DNA of 64,000 nucleotides from Phaeosaccion multiseriatum (taxonomy: Eukaryota; Protista; Ochrophyta, other classes): assembly GCA_965112735.1 (NCBI GenBank), contig OZ218964.1, forward strand, positions 1,178,001 to 1,242,000. Reading direction: 5' to 3'. The position numbers were made by a program, and so were the translations under genes. Below the pieces are notes generated by a model. It did no database searches. It saw only the letters and a list, made by a program, of their open reading frames with translations, and was not told where the DNA came from. Numbering within the stretch: the first letter of the stretch is position 1; each line of letters opens with the position of its first letter. Positions 13,201 to 26,900 of the stretch are shown piece by piece.

Positions 13201-15942
13201 GGTCCACCACGGTAGGGCTGACCGAGGCAATGGCGAGTCTCTCTCTGTAGAAGAAGGTGGTGGTGGTGGTCGATACCGTCATACCTTCCTCGCTGCTGCT
13301 GCTGCTGCTGCCCCTGCGACTAAGCCTGAGCTCCACTCCACCCTCTCGCCCTTGAGGCGCCGATGGGCTCACACACGTCATCTTGTTCGGGCCGGCAAAG
13401 CGCGCGGGAACGGGAGGGGCAGTGGGACCGAAGTGACAAAGCAAGCCCCCCTCCTTCTCTTGGTCAAGCACGCTTCCGCTGCTAAAGTCGCTGTAGTCCG
13501 AGTCAGAGGCGTCAAAGGCTTGCCCCGTGATGGTAACAACGGTGCCTCCATCCACCGGGCCGGAGGTGGGGGAGAACGACAAGGTGCTGTCCCAGCGGCG
13601 AGGAGTGTATACCAACGTCACAACATCCTCCCCCTCGTGCTCCTGATAGTCCGCATGTTCACCCTCCTCCTCCAGGTCTTCGTATCCTACCCTGAGCGAA
13701 ACCTGGCCTGGAGGGTGTGCAGGGGCCGTGCAAACAGCCAGCATCGGCGATATCCACACGGCAGGCACGGCAATCACGCCACCACCATGCTGTTTCGAAG
13801 CACTATCACCAGTAGTGCTAGTAATGCCTCTTCCACTGCCATCCGAAGACGATCTGTTGGACCTTCCAAAGAAGCAGCGCAGGCCGTTACCAGCGAAGCC
13901 TGCCCCGTACACATAGACTGCCATCCCCCCCTGGGTAGGCAGAGAGGTGGGCAGTGCCTTGTAGAGCGCAGCAGGAGCAAGAAACTCAAACTCGCGCGAG
14001 GATGGTGACAAGTCCTGACCGTTACAGGATGTACGCACCAACACAGAGCCGGCCCTCTGTTGGGGAGGGGTGCGGCAAGTGGCCTGGCCTGTGCTGGCGT
14101 TGAAGGCCATCGCGGGCACCACGACAGTAGTGGCACTGGCAGCAGTAGTATCAGTAGTGCTGCTGTTGGTGCTGCCTTCGTTGTCCTCGTAGTGGTGCCA
14201 GGCAGTGCCATCATCGTCAAAGCTGCCGCCGCCGGTACCGTCGCTGCTGTTATCAAAGCTGCAAAACACCTTTCCGGAGGACGCGCACGCACCCACACCG
14301 GAGACACGGATCAGAGTGCCTCCTCGTGTGGGTCCACGATGCGGGGTGAGGTCCGTCACGCTCGCCGTGGGAAGGAAGCTGAAGCTCAGTTGTGCTTCCA
14401 GGTTGCTCTCTTGATCGTCTTGGTCTTGGTGCTCGCCCTCCTCGTCGCGGAAGGAGGAGGAGGAGGAGGAGGAGGAGGAGGAGGAGGAGGAGCACGCTCC
14501 GAAGACGTTACAGACCTGCACCTTCACTCCCTGTGCCTCCGTATGCGGCGCTGTCTTGCAGGAGAGATGGTTGGCGTCCAGCACCGTCGCGTTGACAACT
14601 GTGTCTCCGATCACGCACAGCATTCCTTGCTCGAAGTTGGCCCCTGTCAGTCGAAGCCTCGTTCCTCCTGCCGCCGGACCGGTCTGGGGCTGAACCTTCG
14701 CGAGTTTCGGGGTGGTGGCGATGGAGTAAGGCGTTGGTGCGGAGACAAAGCCCGATCCCGATGCTACTGCTGCTGCTGCTGCTGCTGTTGTTGTTGTGGA
14801 CCCTCCATATATGTGGGAGACGGAAACCTCGTGCTCCCCGGGGGGTAATAGCTGCCCCAGACCTCCTCCATGCGCGCACTCTACCATACTTGATGTGAGC
14901 ACTCTACCGCGCATCACCAAGTCATCATCACCTCCATCCACTGCCATCCCCCCTCCTACCCTTCGGAAGCGACAATACACGACCACCGTGGGGTCAAAAT
15001 TGGCTCCGAAGACAGTCACGGGGCCAAAGCCGGCCCGAGGGCGGATCCCGGTGACGACGGGGGTGGGCACAAAGTGGAAGGGCACTGACTGACGGCCGAC
15101 TGGCCGCCCGGTATCTGCGCAATCAGTTCATCAATCAATCAAGTAGACAATCGAACAAGCAAGGTCAAACAATTCAGTTAGTGTTAGTCAACGAAGGAGG
15201 GGGGGCGTGCTCAGGTGTGTGTGTGGGGTGTGTGGGGTGTGTGGGGTCGACACAAACTCAATACAACGATGTGACTGACCGACTAACTGACTGATTACAG
15301 AACTGAGTGAGTGAGTGAGTGAGTGAGTGAATGAGTGAGTGAGTGTGTGACTCACAACTGGTATACATACCTGCGTGGCGAAGTGTGAAGTGCACCACTT
15401 CCATCCGCCTGTGCGGCGGGGCCACACACGTCAACGTCGAAGAGTTGAGCCACTTTGCCCCTGCCGTGGAGGAGAAGGACAAGGAGGACAAGGAGGCGGG
15501 GCTAGAGCTGTTCCCGTCGTCGGTGTTGTTGGCTGCTCCTCTCGCTCTCTCCTGCTGCTGCCACCCTGTCTCCCCTCCCTCGTCAAAGGAGCACACCACA
15601 TCGGGCCGCCATCCGTTGCCGTCGCCATCTGTTGTCACAGTCACGAGAGTCGACCCCTCCATGGATCCGACGGTGGGCTCCAAGCCAACGACGGTTACGC
15701 TTTTGAGGTATGCGTATGTCAAACCACCCATGATTGGTACTGGCGACGCTCCCCGGCCCTCGGAGATACCCAACTTGACGGATTTGGCGCCTACGATGGA
15801 GGGCGGGGCCATGCACTGGAGCCGCTCGGTGGATGACCAACTGCTGTGTGACCAGCTGCGGCTGGGGGTGCGTGGCTGATCGAGTATCGTCCGCACCGCC
15901 GGCACGGACTGGCTCCCGAACCAGCAATAGAATGGGCCGCTG

Positions 15943-15977
<35 letters not shown>

Positions 15978-17938
15978 ACTGCTCTTGAGCCAGACGGAAA
16001 CGAGTGTACCGCCCAGCTCGGAGCCCTTCTGTGGCTCGACCTCCACCACTCCCAAGGCTCTGTAGAGGTAGCTGAGACCCCCCCCTCCCTCCTCCTCCGC
16101 AGGGCACACCACACCATTCACAAGGACGTCAACAGAAACTGAAACTGAAACCTGCCCGCCATCTCCCCGGCCCCACGCTTCACTTCCACTGCCATCCGTA
16201 TCACCATAATCACCACCATTGGCGACGACTGATGCAAGGGGCGGACTCTTGCACTCCACGAGTGTGGACCGCAGCCAACGTGCCGGCGTGGTCACAGACA
16301 CAGAGTCTCCTTCTCCTCCTCCTCCAACACCACCCCCACTGAAGCGGCAGCTGAACGAATCGCCTTGGGCAAAGTGCCGGCCGCTGATCCTCACCACGGC
16401 TCCACCGGAGGAGGGGCCTGTCGAGGGCTCAATCGCCAGGACGATAGGCTCTAGCGTGTACGTGAAAACAGGAGCCCCGCCTTCGGGCGTGTGAAAGACG
16501 TAATGGCCATACACATCGTCCTCGTGCTCGTCGTTATCGTCGCGGATTCTTGACAAGGACACCTTCACCTGTACGTGTTGGTCATCGTCGTCGGGCTCTC
16601 TGAGGAGGGCAGGGACAGCGCAACGCACTTCAGAGGAAGACACGAAGCTCGCCCGCACCAGCACTGGAGGGGAAGAGCCTCCCTCTCCATCGTCGTCGTC
16701 ACTGTGAGTCTCAGTGACGAGAGCGAATCTGCACAGGAGGCCAAGGCCACTGTTGTGATTGGTGACACCGTCAAGTAGTCCGAGCTCCCCCTCGTTGTCG
16801 TCGACGGCTTGCGTCGGGTCTCGAAAGCCCTTGCCGAGTACTGAGATGACCGTTCCGCCCAAGGGGCTGCCCTCCAAAGGCTGCACACTACGCACAGACG
16901 CGGCTTCGACGTACTCAAACCAAGCCGCAGCAGCGCCGTCGCCAACAGGCGAATCACCAACTGGCGACGCAGAAAAGAAGTCGACGCCGTTGTTGCTCAC
17001 CGCCACCACCACAGCCTGCCCCCCTCCTGGGATGGCAGTGGATGGGATCGGCCTTGGTGCCACACACCTCAGCTGCGTGGAGCTCACAAAGTTCGCCATC
17101 ACCTCCACATGTCCAAAGCGTACCCTAAGGGCACTCGTCTGCGCAAAGTTGCTGCCAAAGACAGTCACCAGGTCGCCCCCCTCCGTGGATCCTCGGTGCG
17201 GTGTCACTTTCTCCACCACCGCAGGCGGGTAGTAGGAGAAGCGCACCCCCTCCGTGGAGGTGAAGTCCTCGCCATTAGCGCTCACCTCCACTAAAGTTTG
17301 ACGGAGAGGACTGAGAGCATTTCCACCACCGCCATCACCACCACCATCATCATCAGATAGGGGAGGTGCTAGGCACTGTACTTGCCGAGGTGACACCCAC
17401 TGCGCCGGTACCACTTGACCACCGAAGCGACACACAAGAGCACTGCTGTCTACAAAGTTGTGTCCGCTCACTTTGACCAGCGTACCGCCTGTGACAGGGC
17501 CGCGAGAGGGGGAGGCCCAGAGCACAGACATGGGTCTAAGGTAGGTGAAGCCCAGCGCGTCGAAGGTGAAGTCCCCTCCTCCGTTGGCGCTTACCTCCAC
17601 CGGCACGAGGCCGGGGCGGTGCGCGGGCGGGGCCTCACAGACCACCGCAGTCCGCACTGCTGTATCACCAGCTGCTGTATGGTCTTCTTCTTCTTCATCA
17701 TCACCTTGGCGAAGGGTCTCGATGGACAGTGCCGGTACCACGACTGACCCAAAGCTGCAGCTGACCGCATCCAATCGTTGCTGTATCACCAACTGCTGCT
17801 GCTCATCCTCAGCCTCGCCCTCGCCCGTGGGAAAGTGAAAGAGGTTACTGACAACAATGGTGACAGTGGTGCCGCCCTCCAGGCTCCCGCGCGAGGGGGC
17901 CATCGAAAGTGCAGATGCCGGTGGCCGGAAGAGAAACG

Positions 17939-17980
<42 letters not shown>

Positions 17981-20900
17981 AAGGAAGTGCCGTTGAAGGG
18001 AAGTCCACGCCGTTGTTGCTCACTGAAACCGTCACAGCACCTGCCGGCAGGGGCGGAGTGATACAGCGGAGCTCCGTTGGGCTGATGAAAGTCGGGCGAA
18101 CTTGGTGGCTGGTGTGTCCAAATTGTACCCGGAGGCGGTCAGAGAAGATAAACCCCCTTCCGAGCACTGTCACCTCGGTCCCTCCTTGCGTTACCCCCGA
18201 GGAAGGCTCCAATGACTCCACCACAGTGTCTGCGTAAAAGACAAACGAGTTGGACGAGGAGGACGAGGAGGAGGTCGAGTCGCCACCGTCCACTGGGATG
18301 AAGTCCACGCCGTTGAAACTGACGTAAAGGGGCAGGGACTTTCCATTTGCTGCTGTGGCCTCCTCCGGCGCCATGGTCGGAGTCATGCATTGGAGCTGCG
18401 TTTCCGACAGCCACTGCGCTGCCACAATCACAGCAGTTCCATTGCTGCTGATGCTTCTGCTGTTGCTGCTGCTGGTGCTGTTGCTGGTGCTGTCCCCTCC
18501 CCCAAACACCCCCCCTCTTTGCCCCTCCTCGTCGCCCTCCTCCACTTGCTGGTCGGCTCCTCCTCCTTCTCCGAATCGACACCGCAGCGAGGCGGTATTG
18601 ACGAAGCTCTGCCCTGCCACAAGCACCATTGTTCCTCCCGAGAGCGGCCCGCTCGACGGACTCATGGACCAAACCCGGGGGGGCTCGAAGAGGGTGAACT
18701 TGAAACCGTCGGAGCTGAAGTCCACCCCGCCATTGAAGGACACCTCTACATCCACTACAGTAGACACAGCGACCACACTGCTGTCGACAGATGACGACGA
18801 CGAGGAGGACGTGGAGGAAGGCGGCGCGAGGCACTTGACGTGACTGTCCGAGACCACCGCTGCGGCGGGACTGACCAAGTCTCCAAACCTGCACAGCACA
18901 CGCTGCGCATCTCTGCTGCTGCTGATGGTGGTGGTACTGCTGCTGTTGGCGACGGCCGCCCCGGCGTAGCCCCCTCCTCCCCCTCCCGTCAGCCCCTGGC
19001 CGTAGATGTTGACGAGTGTGCCCCCTTGCCAGCTGCCCATGGAGGGATGCAAGCTCGTCACTCTGGCGGTCGGCTTGTACGTGTACGTCACTGCCACCAC
19101 AGGGCCACGACTCTTCTCCTCCGTCGCTGTAGCACCAACTTGCACACCAGACACAACAGACCCATTTTGGGTGTGGTAGGTGTGGAAGGTAGCGGCAGCA
19201 GTGCTAGCAGTAATAGTGCTGAAGTCCTGCCCATTCAGCGTCACGGACACATCCACCGCTCCAGGGGTGAGGGCCGCAGGAGCCCGACACTTGAGTGCTG
19301 TGGCATTGAGCACCACAACTTCCTCCACCACCTCGAATCCGAAGCGCACCTGCAAGCCAGTTGTGAGTGCGAAGTTGTGGCCCCGAAGGATCACCTCTGT
19401 GCCTCCAAGCGAGGCGCCCGTGTCGGGCTCTACACTCGAAACAAGGGGGGCAGGATAGTAGGAGAAGCTGGTTGCTGCTGCTGCTGTATCACCAACTGCT
19501 GCTGCGGCTGCTGACGCTGATACTGATGCTGTCCCAAAGAGGCCATCGCTGCTGCTGTTGCTGCTCCTGCTGCTGTTGGTGAAGTCTTTCCCGTTGAGAC
19601 TCACCTCCACTTTTACAGTCCGACGTTCTTCCTCTTCCCCGTCGCCGCGGTCAAAATGCGAGTTGCTGGTGCTAGCGTTGTTGCCGCTGCCACTGCTGCT
19701 ACCACTGCTGGTAGTAGCGTTGCCGAAGAGGAAGGCAGCAGCAGGAGGGCTGGTGCACAGCAGCTCTGAGCTGGATAACCAACGCGCGCTGGTCGTCACA
19801 ACCCCCCCCGCCCCCATGTCTCCAAAGGAGCAGAGCAGCCCTTGGCCGTCCACAAAGCCCATGCCCTGAATCACCACTTGGGTGCCCCCGAGGGCCGGTC
19901 CCGAGGAAGGATGCACGCCCAACACCTTAGGTTCGTTGAAGAATTGCAGCGTGACGCCGTCGGATGAAAAGTCCATCCCGTTCATCGACACCTCCACCGT
20001 CACGTATCCTGCTCCACCCCCCATCTTCCCATCCTGGTGATGTCGGCTCAGGCTCGCGAGAGCAGCTGGTGATGTCGGCATTGGGCACCGCAGCTCAGAC
20101 TCAGAGACGAACTCCGCAGGAACCACAATCTCTCCTCCTCCTCCTCCTCCTGTGGCAGTGGTGGCGTCGGAAAGGGAGGAGGAGGAGAAGGAGGAGGAGG
20201 AGGAGCCGAAGCGGCAGCGCAACAATTCCCCGGTGTCTTCAAAGCCCACTCCGTAGACGCTCACCAGCCGCTGAGGCGCATCGTCGTCCCCTTGCCCTTC
20301 AGCGTCACCATCCACTGCCATCGTTGGAACCCTTTCCGGGCTCACGGCAAGTACCGTATGGGCCCATCGGAAGTGAAACGCCAGTCCGTCTCCAGGGGGG
20401 TTGGTGGTATTGGAAGAGGAGGAGGAGGAGGAGGAGGAGGAGCTCACAAAATCGACGCCGTTGTTGCTCACAGAGACCGCAACAAAACCAGAGACCGGTC
20501 CAACTTCTGTACCACCAACTGCTGCGGCAGGCAGAGGCGGGGTGGTGCACCGAATGAGCGTGTCATTCACGAAGACTGCGGGCACTTCCACCAGACCACC
20601 GAAGCGCACGCTCAACCGCCCTCTGCCCCCCCCCTCCGAGGAGGAGGAGGAGGAGGAGGAGGAGAAGCCCCTCCCTATAATGTCTAGCTCTGTACCCCCC
20701 TGCTCCGGCCCGAAGGCTGGACGGAGCGCCAGCAGGACGACGGGTGGCACGTACTCGAATGTTACGGCGCCAAGGATGCTGGTGTGAGTGCTGCTGCTGT
20801 CATTGCTGCTGCTAGTGCTGCTGGTGCGATTGCCCCCTTCCTGCTCTTGTTGCGTCATCGTCTCGTTGTAGGAATAGAAGGAGGAGGAAGAGGAGGAAGA

Positions 20901-23900
20901 GGAGGGAGTGGAGGAAGAATGGTAGTAGTACTCCACCCCGTTGAGGCCCACCCCCACAGACACCAGCCCCGCCCCATCCACTGCCATCCCCAGCCACGTG
21001 CTTGGCGGAGTTAGGCACTCCAGGGTGGTGCTCGACACCCACCGAGCCGGAGCTGTTGCTGTTGCTGCATCACCCATTGCTGTGGTTGCATTCTTCGCTG
21101 TATCACCAGCTGCTTCACTTGTATTCGTCGTCGTCGCCGCTGTGAGCACCTCGCTCCTGAAGCTACACTGCAGCATGTGGGTATCCACGAAGTTCGCACC
21201 TCGCACACGCACCCTGCTTCCCCCCCGGGGAGGACCCGAGGGGGGGTCGATGCTGAGGACCACGGGCTCCGGAGCGAGCCAAAACTCAATGCCGTTCGTG
21301 GTACGGGTGGCGACGTCGTCCCCCTGTTGCACCTCCACTGTCACACGTCCAGCAGTTGGTGATACGGCAGCAGCAGCAGCAGCAGCAAGAGCCGGAGTGG
21401 TACACACGAGCTCTCTTTCAGAGACCCACTCGGCCCTTACAACAGCGAGGTCGTCGCCAAAGACGCAGTACATGTCCGTGTCGGAGTGGAAACCTTCCCC
21501 CAGGACGGTGAGATCCAGCCCCCCCCTCGCACTCCCCACGCTCGGCACCAATGCCTTGATCTTGGCCTCACTGCGATACTCGTATAAGCCCCTCCACCCC
21601 TCCTCCCACCCTCCCCACTCGTCGGTCGATGCCCATCCCACAGGGACAAAGTCCACACCGTTGTTACTCACAGAGATGTTGACGAACGTCCCTCCCCCTC
21701 CTCCCCCCGCCCCCTCCCCTCCGTCCGCCAGCGCCAGTCCAGCGGGCAGTGGGGGTGTGATGCATTGCATCTGTGTGCTGCTAATGACCGTGGCATCCAC
21801 GTCAACAAGCCCACCGAAGCGCACACTAGAGTGGCCTGTGAGGAGGAAGCCTGACCCTTCCAGTCTCACTACTGTGCCTCCGTTGATCGGTCCGGTGGCG
21901 GGGAGGCAGGCAGACACAATGGGTAGCGAGTGGTAGGTGAAGCTCGGGCCCTCACCCTCGCCCTTGACAGGGAAGAAATCCTGTCCGTTGAGGCTGATTG
22001 CCAGCGCCACTCGCCACCTCGTCTCCTCCTCCTCCTCCTCGACTCGGAAGCCCTCCTCCTCCTCCTCCTGCTGCTGCTGCTGCTCGGTCTCCACCGTATG
22101 AGGAGGAGATGTACACTCTATGCGAGCGCTCGACAGCCACCGAGCCGCCGTAGCAACGCCACCGAAGGAGCACCGCAGCTGTCCCGTGTCCACGAAGCCA
22201 AAGCCCGACACGATGACCACCGTGCCGCCGGACACAGGCCCTGTAGAGGGTCGCGCCGCCACCACCTCGGGCTGCTCCACGTAATTATACCACATGCCGT
22301 CGTTAGATCTGTCGACGATCGTCCCTTCTCCTCCGGGAGGAGAAGACAGCAGCAGCACCTCCAAGGCAACTGGTCCTGACGCTTCTGCCGCCGGAGCCGT
22401 GCAGCGAATCTCCGAGGGGGACACCACCACCGCCTCCGATGAAACTTGTTTCCCAAAGCTGCAATGCACCTCGCTACTACTAAGCATTGTACTAACCCAG
22501 TCCTCCTCCTTCTCGTCCTTTTCGTCCTCCTCATCCTCGCTGCTGAAGGCAAAGTTCCGCCCAAAGACCGTCACCTCGCCCCCTCCCGACAGGAAGCCTA
22601 GTCTCGGCTGGATGCTGTCCACAACGGGGGCGAGACGAGACTCAAACACCAGTCTGCTGTTGGTGCTGGTGCTGGTGCTGGTGCTGGTGCTGGTGCTGGT
22701 GCTGGTGTTGCCCTCCTCTGCCCCTGCGGCACCCCCGCCGACAAAGTCCACGCCGTTGTTGCTGACCGAGACGCCCCACACACCTGGCGACAAGCCTGGT
22801 GGAGTGATGCACCGCAGCTCCTCGCTGCTCACGAAGGTGGCTTTGACATCCACTGCCATCTTGTCGCCGACTGACCACCGCACAGTCAGGCTGCTGCTGA
22901 ACACAAAGCCCTGTCCGTGAATGGTCATGACGGTCCCCCCTTCCGTGGACCCTTTTGGCGGGTCCAGACCAGTCACCGCCATATCGACTTCGTAGTATGA
23001 GAACGTTAACAGCCCACCACCACCCCTGCCCTCCTCGGCGGCTGCTGCTGCTGTATCACCAACTGCTGCTGCTCCTTGGTAAGACACAAAGTCCATCCCA
23101 TCGATGCTCACCTCCACACCCACAGCTGACGACGCGCCGGATTCCACTCCGCTCGGTACTGGCGGAGTCGTGCATTGCACCTCTGTCCCCGAAACCCACA
23201 CGCCGGGAACCGAAACCTCTCCCCCGAATCTGCACATCAGACTCTCCGAATCCACAAAATTCGCCCCGCCTACCACCACTGCTGTACCTCCCTGTCGAGG
23301 GCCGCTGCCCGGCGTAACGGACAACACAGCTACATCCCCGGTGAAGGAGTAAAGTACTCCATCTTGGGTATAGTCCACCCCATTGAGGGTCACCTCCACC
23401 TCCACCAGCTCAGCGCTGTCCACCATATCGGGAACCAGGCACGTTACCCGTGTGGGCGAGAGGTACGTTGCCGGCACGATAACTTGATCCTCCCCGCTGC
23501 TGCTCCATGCAGTTTGTTTGCGTTGCTGCCCCTGCTCCCCCTCCTCGCTGCTCCTCCTCCTTCCGAAGCGACAAGCGAGGTCGGTGCTGTCTTCAAAGCC
23601 CCTCCCTGTGACTGTGATGCTGCCCCCGCCCCGCAGCCCCCCCTGTCTTGGCTCCACGCCATGGACTGCAGCCGAGGTGTAACGGAAGAGCGCCGGCTCT
23701 GCACCACCGCCACCGCTGGATGACCAACTAGTGCAGCTGCTGCCTCCGACGGTGGTCACGCCCACCTCCGCGAACTCGAGAACGTCCGTTACGAACAACA
23801 CGATATCCAAGCTGCTGTCGCTGTGACTACTGTATGACCAAGTACTACTGCTGCTGCTGTTCTTGCTGCTGCTACTACTGAGTCCCAAGTAGAGAAGATT

Positions 23901-26900
23901 CGGAGCGTCGAGCGGGACGGAAAAGGCCGTCAACCCCCTCACGCCCTCGTACGTGGTTTGCAAACCGCGGCTCCACACCACTCGCTGCTGTCCACCCTCT
24001 TCCCCTTCCTCTCCCTCCCCCGACCTTGTGCTGCCGCTGTTGAGCACTTCTGCTGCTGCTGCATCAAGACTGTATATCTCAATACTGTAGTCCCCCCCCC
24101 CCCCCCCACCACCACCACCACCCCCAGTGAAGGGGACCCCGCTGCTGCCGTCTAGGAGGTATGTACTTCCTCTGACGATGTTGATGATGCCAGCCCGCCC
24201 CTGTACTGACAGATGCGGTATCCCCTCCTCCTCCCCCTCTTGCCCGTTCTGTAACGCCAAGCGGAGCGTCGTCGGACCCACAGCGGAGGAGGGCGGCGCC
24301 GGAGGCACCACACACGTCATTTGCTGCCTTCCGCTGGACACCACCGAAGGTACAGTATCGCCTCCGATGCTGCAGGAGTGTGTACCCGGCTCGAAGTGCG
24401 TTCCGGTGAGGGTAATGGTGGTGCCGCCCCCCCGGGGCCCACCAAAGGGCTCAATGCTGAGGAGAGTAGGAGGCGGTGTGAAGGAGAAGCTCAGCACTGA
24501 CACGTGCCGCTCCACGCCGTTGGTCCGCAGCCCTAGAGACGCCACGATGGGAGCGCTGCTGCTGCTGCTGCTGCTGCTGTATAACCAACTGCTGCTGCTA
24601 CTGCTGCTGCTGCTGTTTCCCGTATGACTGCTGCCGCTGCTGCCTCTCACGTGAGCAGCCGAAGCCGCAGACGGGGTGCGGCACTCTACCTCCGTCCGAC
24701 TCCGCCATGTTGCTGGTACCGACGCCTCCACCTGCACTCGCACGGCCGTGCTCCTCATGCTACTGCTGCTGCTACTCGCATCATTTGCTCTCTCCTCCTC
24801 CTCCTCCTCCTTCTTCTCCTCCTCCTCCTCCTCCTCCTCCTCCTCCTCCTCCATCTCCTCCTCCACCTCCACCCACCACTGGAAGACGCATTCCATCCCG
24901 TCCGTAGGGAGGAAGCCTTCTCCTTGCACCAGCACAGAGGTGCCTCCACACCGGGGTCCCGACGAGGGCCACACCTGCTTCAGCTCAAGCGGTTTCTCCG
25001 CGAGGAACTGCAGAGCGTTGGACCAAAAGTCTTTGCCGTTGGTCACGCGCACGAGCACAAAGGAGGCAGCGGGCGGAAAGGAGAGGGCAGAGGAGGAGGA
25101 GGAATTGGAACTCGAGTTCGCATCCAATCCACCTGCCCTGCTGCCCGGTACGGTGGCGCTCAGGTCAGGGCTGAGGCAGACCAATTGACTGCCATCTTCG
25201 CTGAGCGTGGCCAGTGTGCGCTCCTCCGCGGATCCAAACTGACACTGCAGCGGCTCGTACCCGCCCCCCCCCTCCTCCTCCTTCGCCTTCGCCTCAGCGT
25301 AGTAGGCTGCAAAGCCCGACCCGGAAATCCGCACCTCCGTACCCCCCCGAGTCGTACCCCCCGGGGGCGATAGCGCCTCCAATTGAGGAATGAGCCCCGC
25401 CCCTCCCGCCGTCACGCTGGTGCTGCTGCTACTGCTACTGCTATTGCTATTGCTATTGCCCTCTGTAGCTGCAGTTAAGCCGATCTCGAAGGTCGAGGCT
25501 TCAGTGTGCCCCGTCTGTAGGTCAGTGACCTCCACAGAGAAGCTGTCGAGTCCGTCGAAGCCGGGGTAGCGAATGTACATGATAGGGGCCGCATTGACAT
25601 AGTTCACCACGTCGCTGGCGGCTCCCGACAGACTCACTCTGCTGCTGAACTTGCTTGGGCCTCCTTCGTTCCAGAAGATGATACCCACTTGTTCTGCACC
25701 CACAGAATCCTCAACCTCATCATACTCCAGCATGAGGGCACTATTGGGGCTCTCAACCCCAAGCACAAAGGACAGGTTGCCACCCGCCCCCGCCCCTCGT
25801 GCATCAATGGTTAAGGGGCTGAGACGCATACGCTGGAAGCTTGGCAGTTGTACCTCCGGGGCGTCGTTGACCGCCAGCACCGAAATAGGCAGCACTTGAG
25901 ACACTGCTGCTTCCTCCTCCCACCCCTCCTCCCCCTCCCCCTCCCCGCCGATTTGCTGTACAATAATGTGCAAGAACTCTACGTGCTGCAGACTGTTAAA
26001 GTCCGTGTGGGGGTGGTACGTGACCTGCTGCAGTGCATTGTTCGCGTCCGCCAAAGACCCCGTGAACACAATGGAGGAGTCCCACTGGCCGCTGGACCCA
26101 TTCTCAAAGGTCAGCCCTACCTCGCTGGCAAGGTCGAGCCGTCCGCCCACCACGGACAAGCGCACGCGGAGATTGAGCACTCCGTAGGGCTCCACGTCGG
26201 CATCATACACACTAATGCCATGGATGGACAAAGAACCATCTTCCTCCACAGAGGGCCATCCCGGCAAGGTCACCGTAGGGAGGTCCGGGGCGGGGAGCAC
26301 GAGGAAGGGAATGGTGACGGTGTCTGTCAACGCCTTGCCCGCTCCTAGGTACATTTGATCGTTCACGGTGATGGTCAGCTCCTCCTCTCCGTACCAGTTC
26401 AGCAACCCTCTGTACTCGAGGCGGCCCAGGGCGTTGTTGACATCCGCTGCGGGCCCTGTGAATATGACGGTTTCGTCTCGTACGCCGTCTCCTGCGCTGA
26501 AGGAGAGCCCCACGGTGCCGTTGAGGGTTATTGTGCCGTCATGGACGGTCATGACCACTGCAAGCTCGTAGGCGTCGGCCACCTCCATATCTATATCGGT
26601 TACCGCAATGCCCTCAATCACCAAGGTAACGTCCTCCACAGCCGTCAAAGACGAAGAGGAAGTAGAAGGAGACCACACCGCCTCCGGCACCTGGATGACT
26701 GGCTGCGTGTTCTCCGCATTGACAAGCACAAGCAGCTCCTCGCCCCCCTGGAATGACTCGCCCACGCCATTAAGTGCCATCCACGGCACCGCGTCCTCCC
26801 CATTGTCGGAGTAGAGTGCCTTCCACTGCAGCGCCGCTGTGTGCTGCCCTGAGGCCAGCGTGAGGACGAGCTGCCCTCTAAGCTCAGCCACCCTTCGCTC

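Noticed and set aside
222-15092. Dozens of short plus-strand and off-frame minus-strand ORFs
   Set aside because: They are antisense or alternate-frame shadows of the giant gene's exon 3 in GC-rich DNA and show no independent domains.
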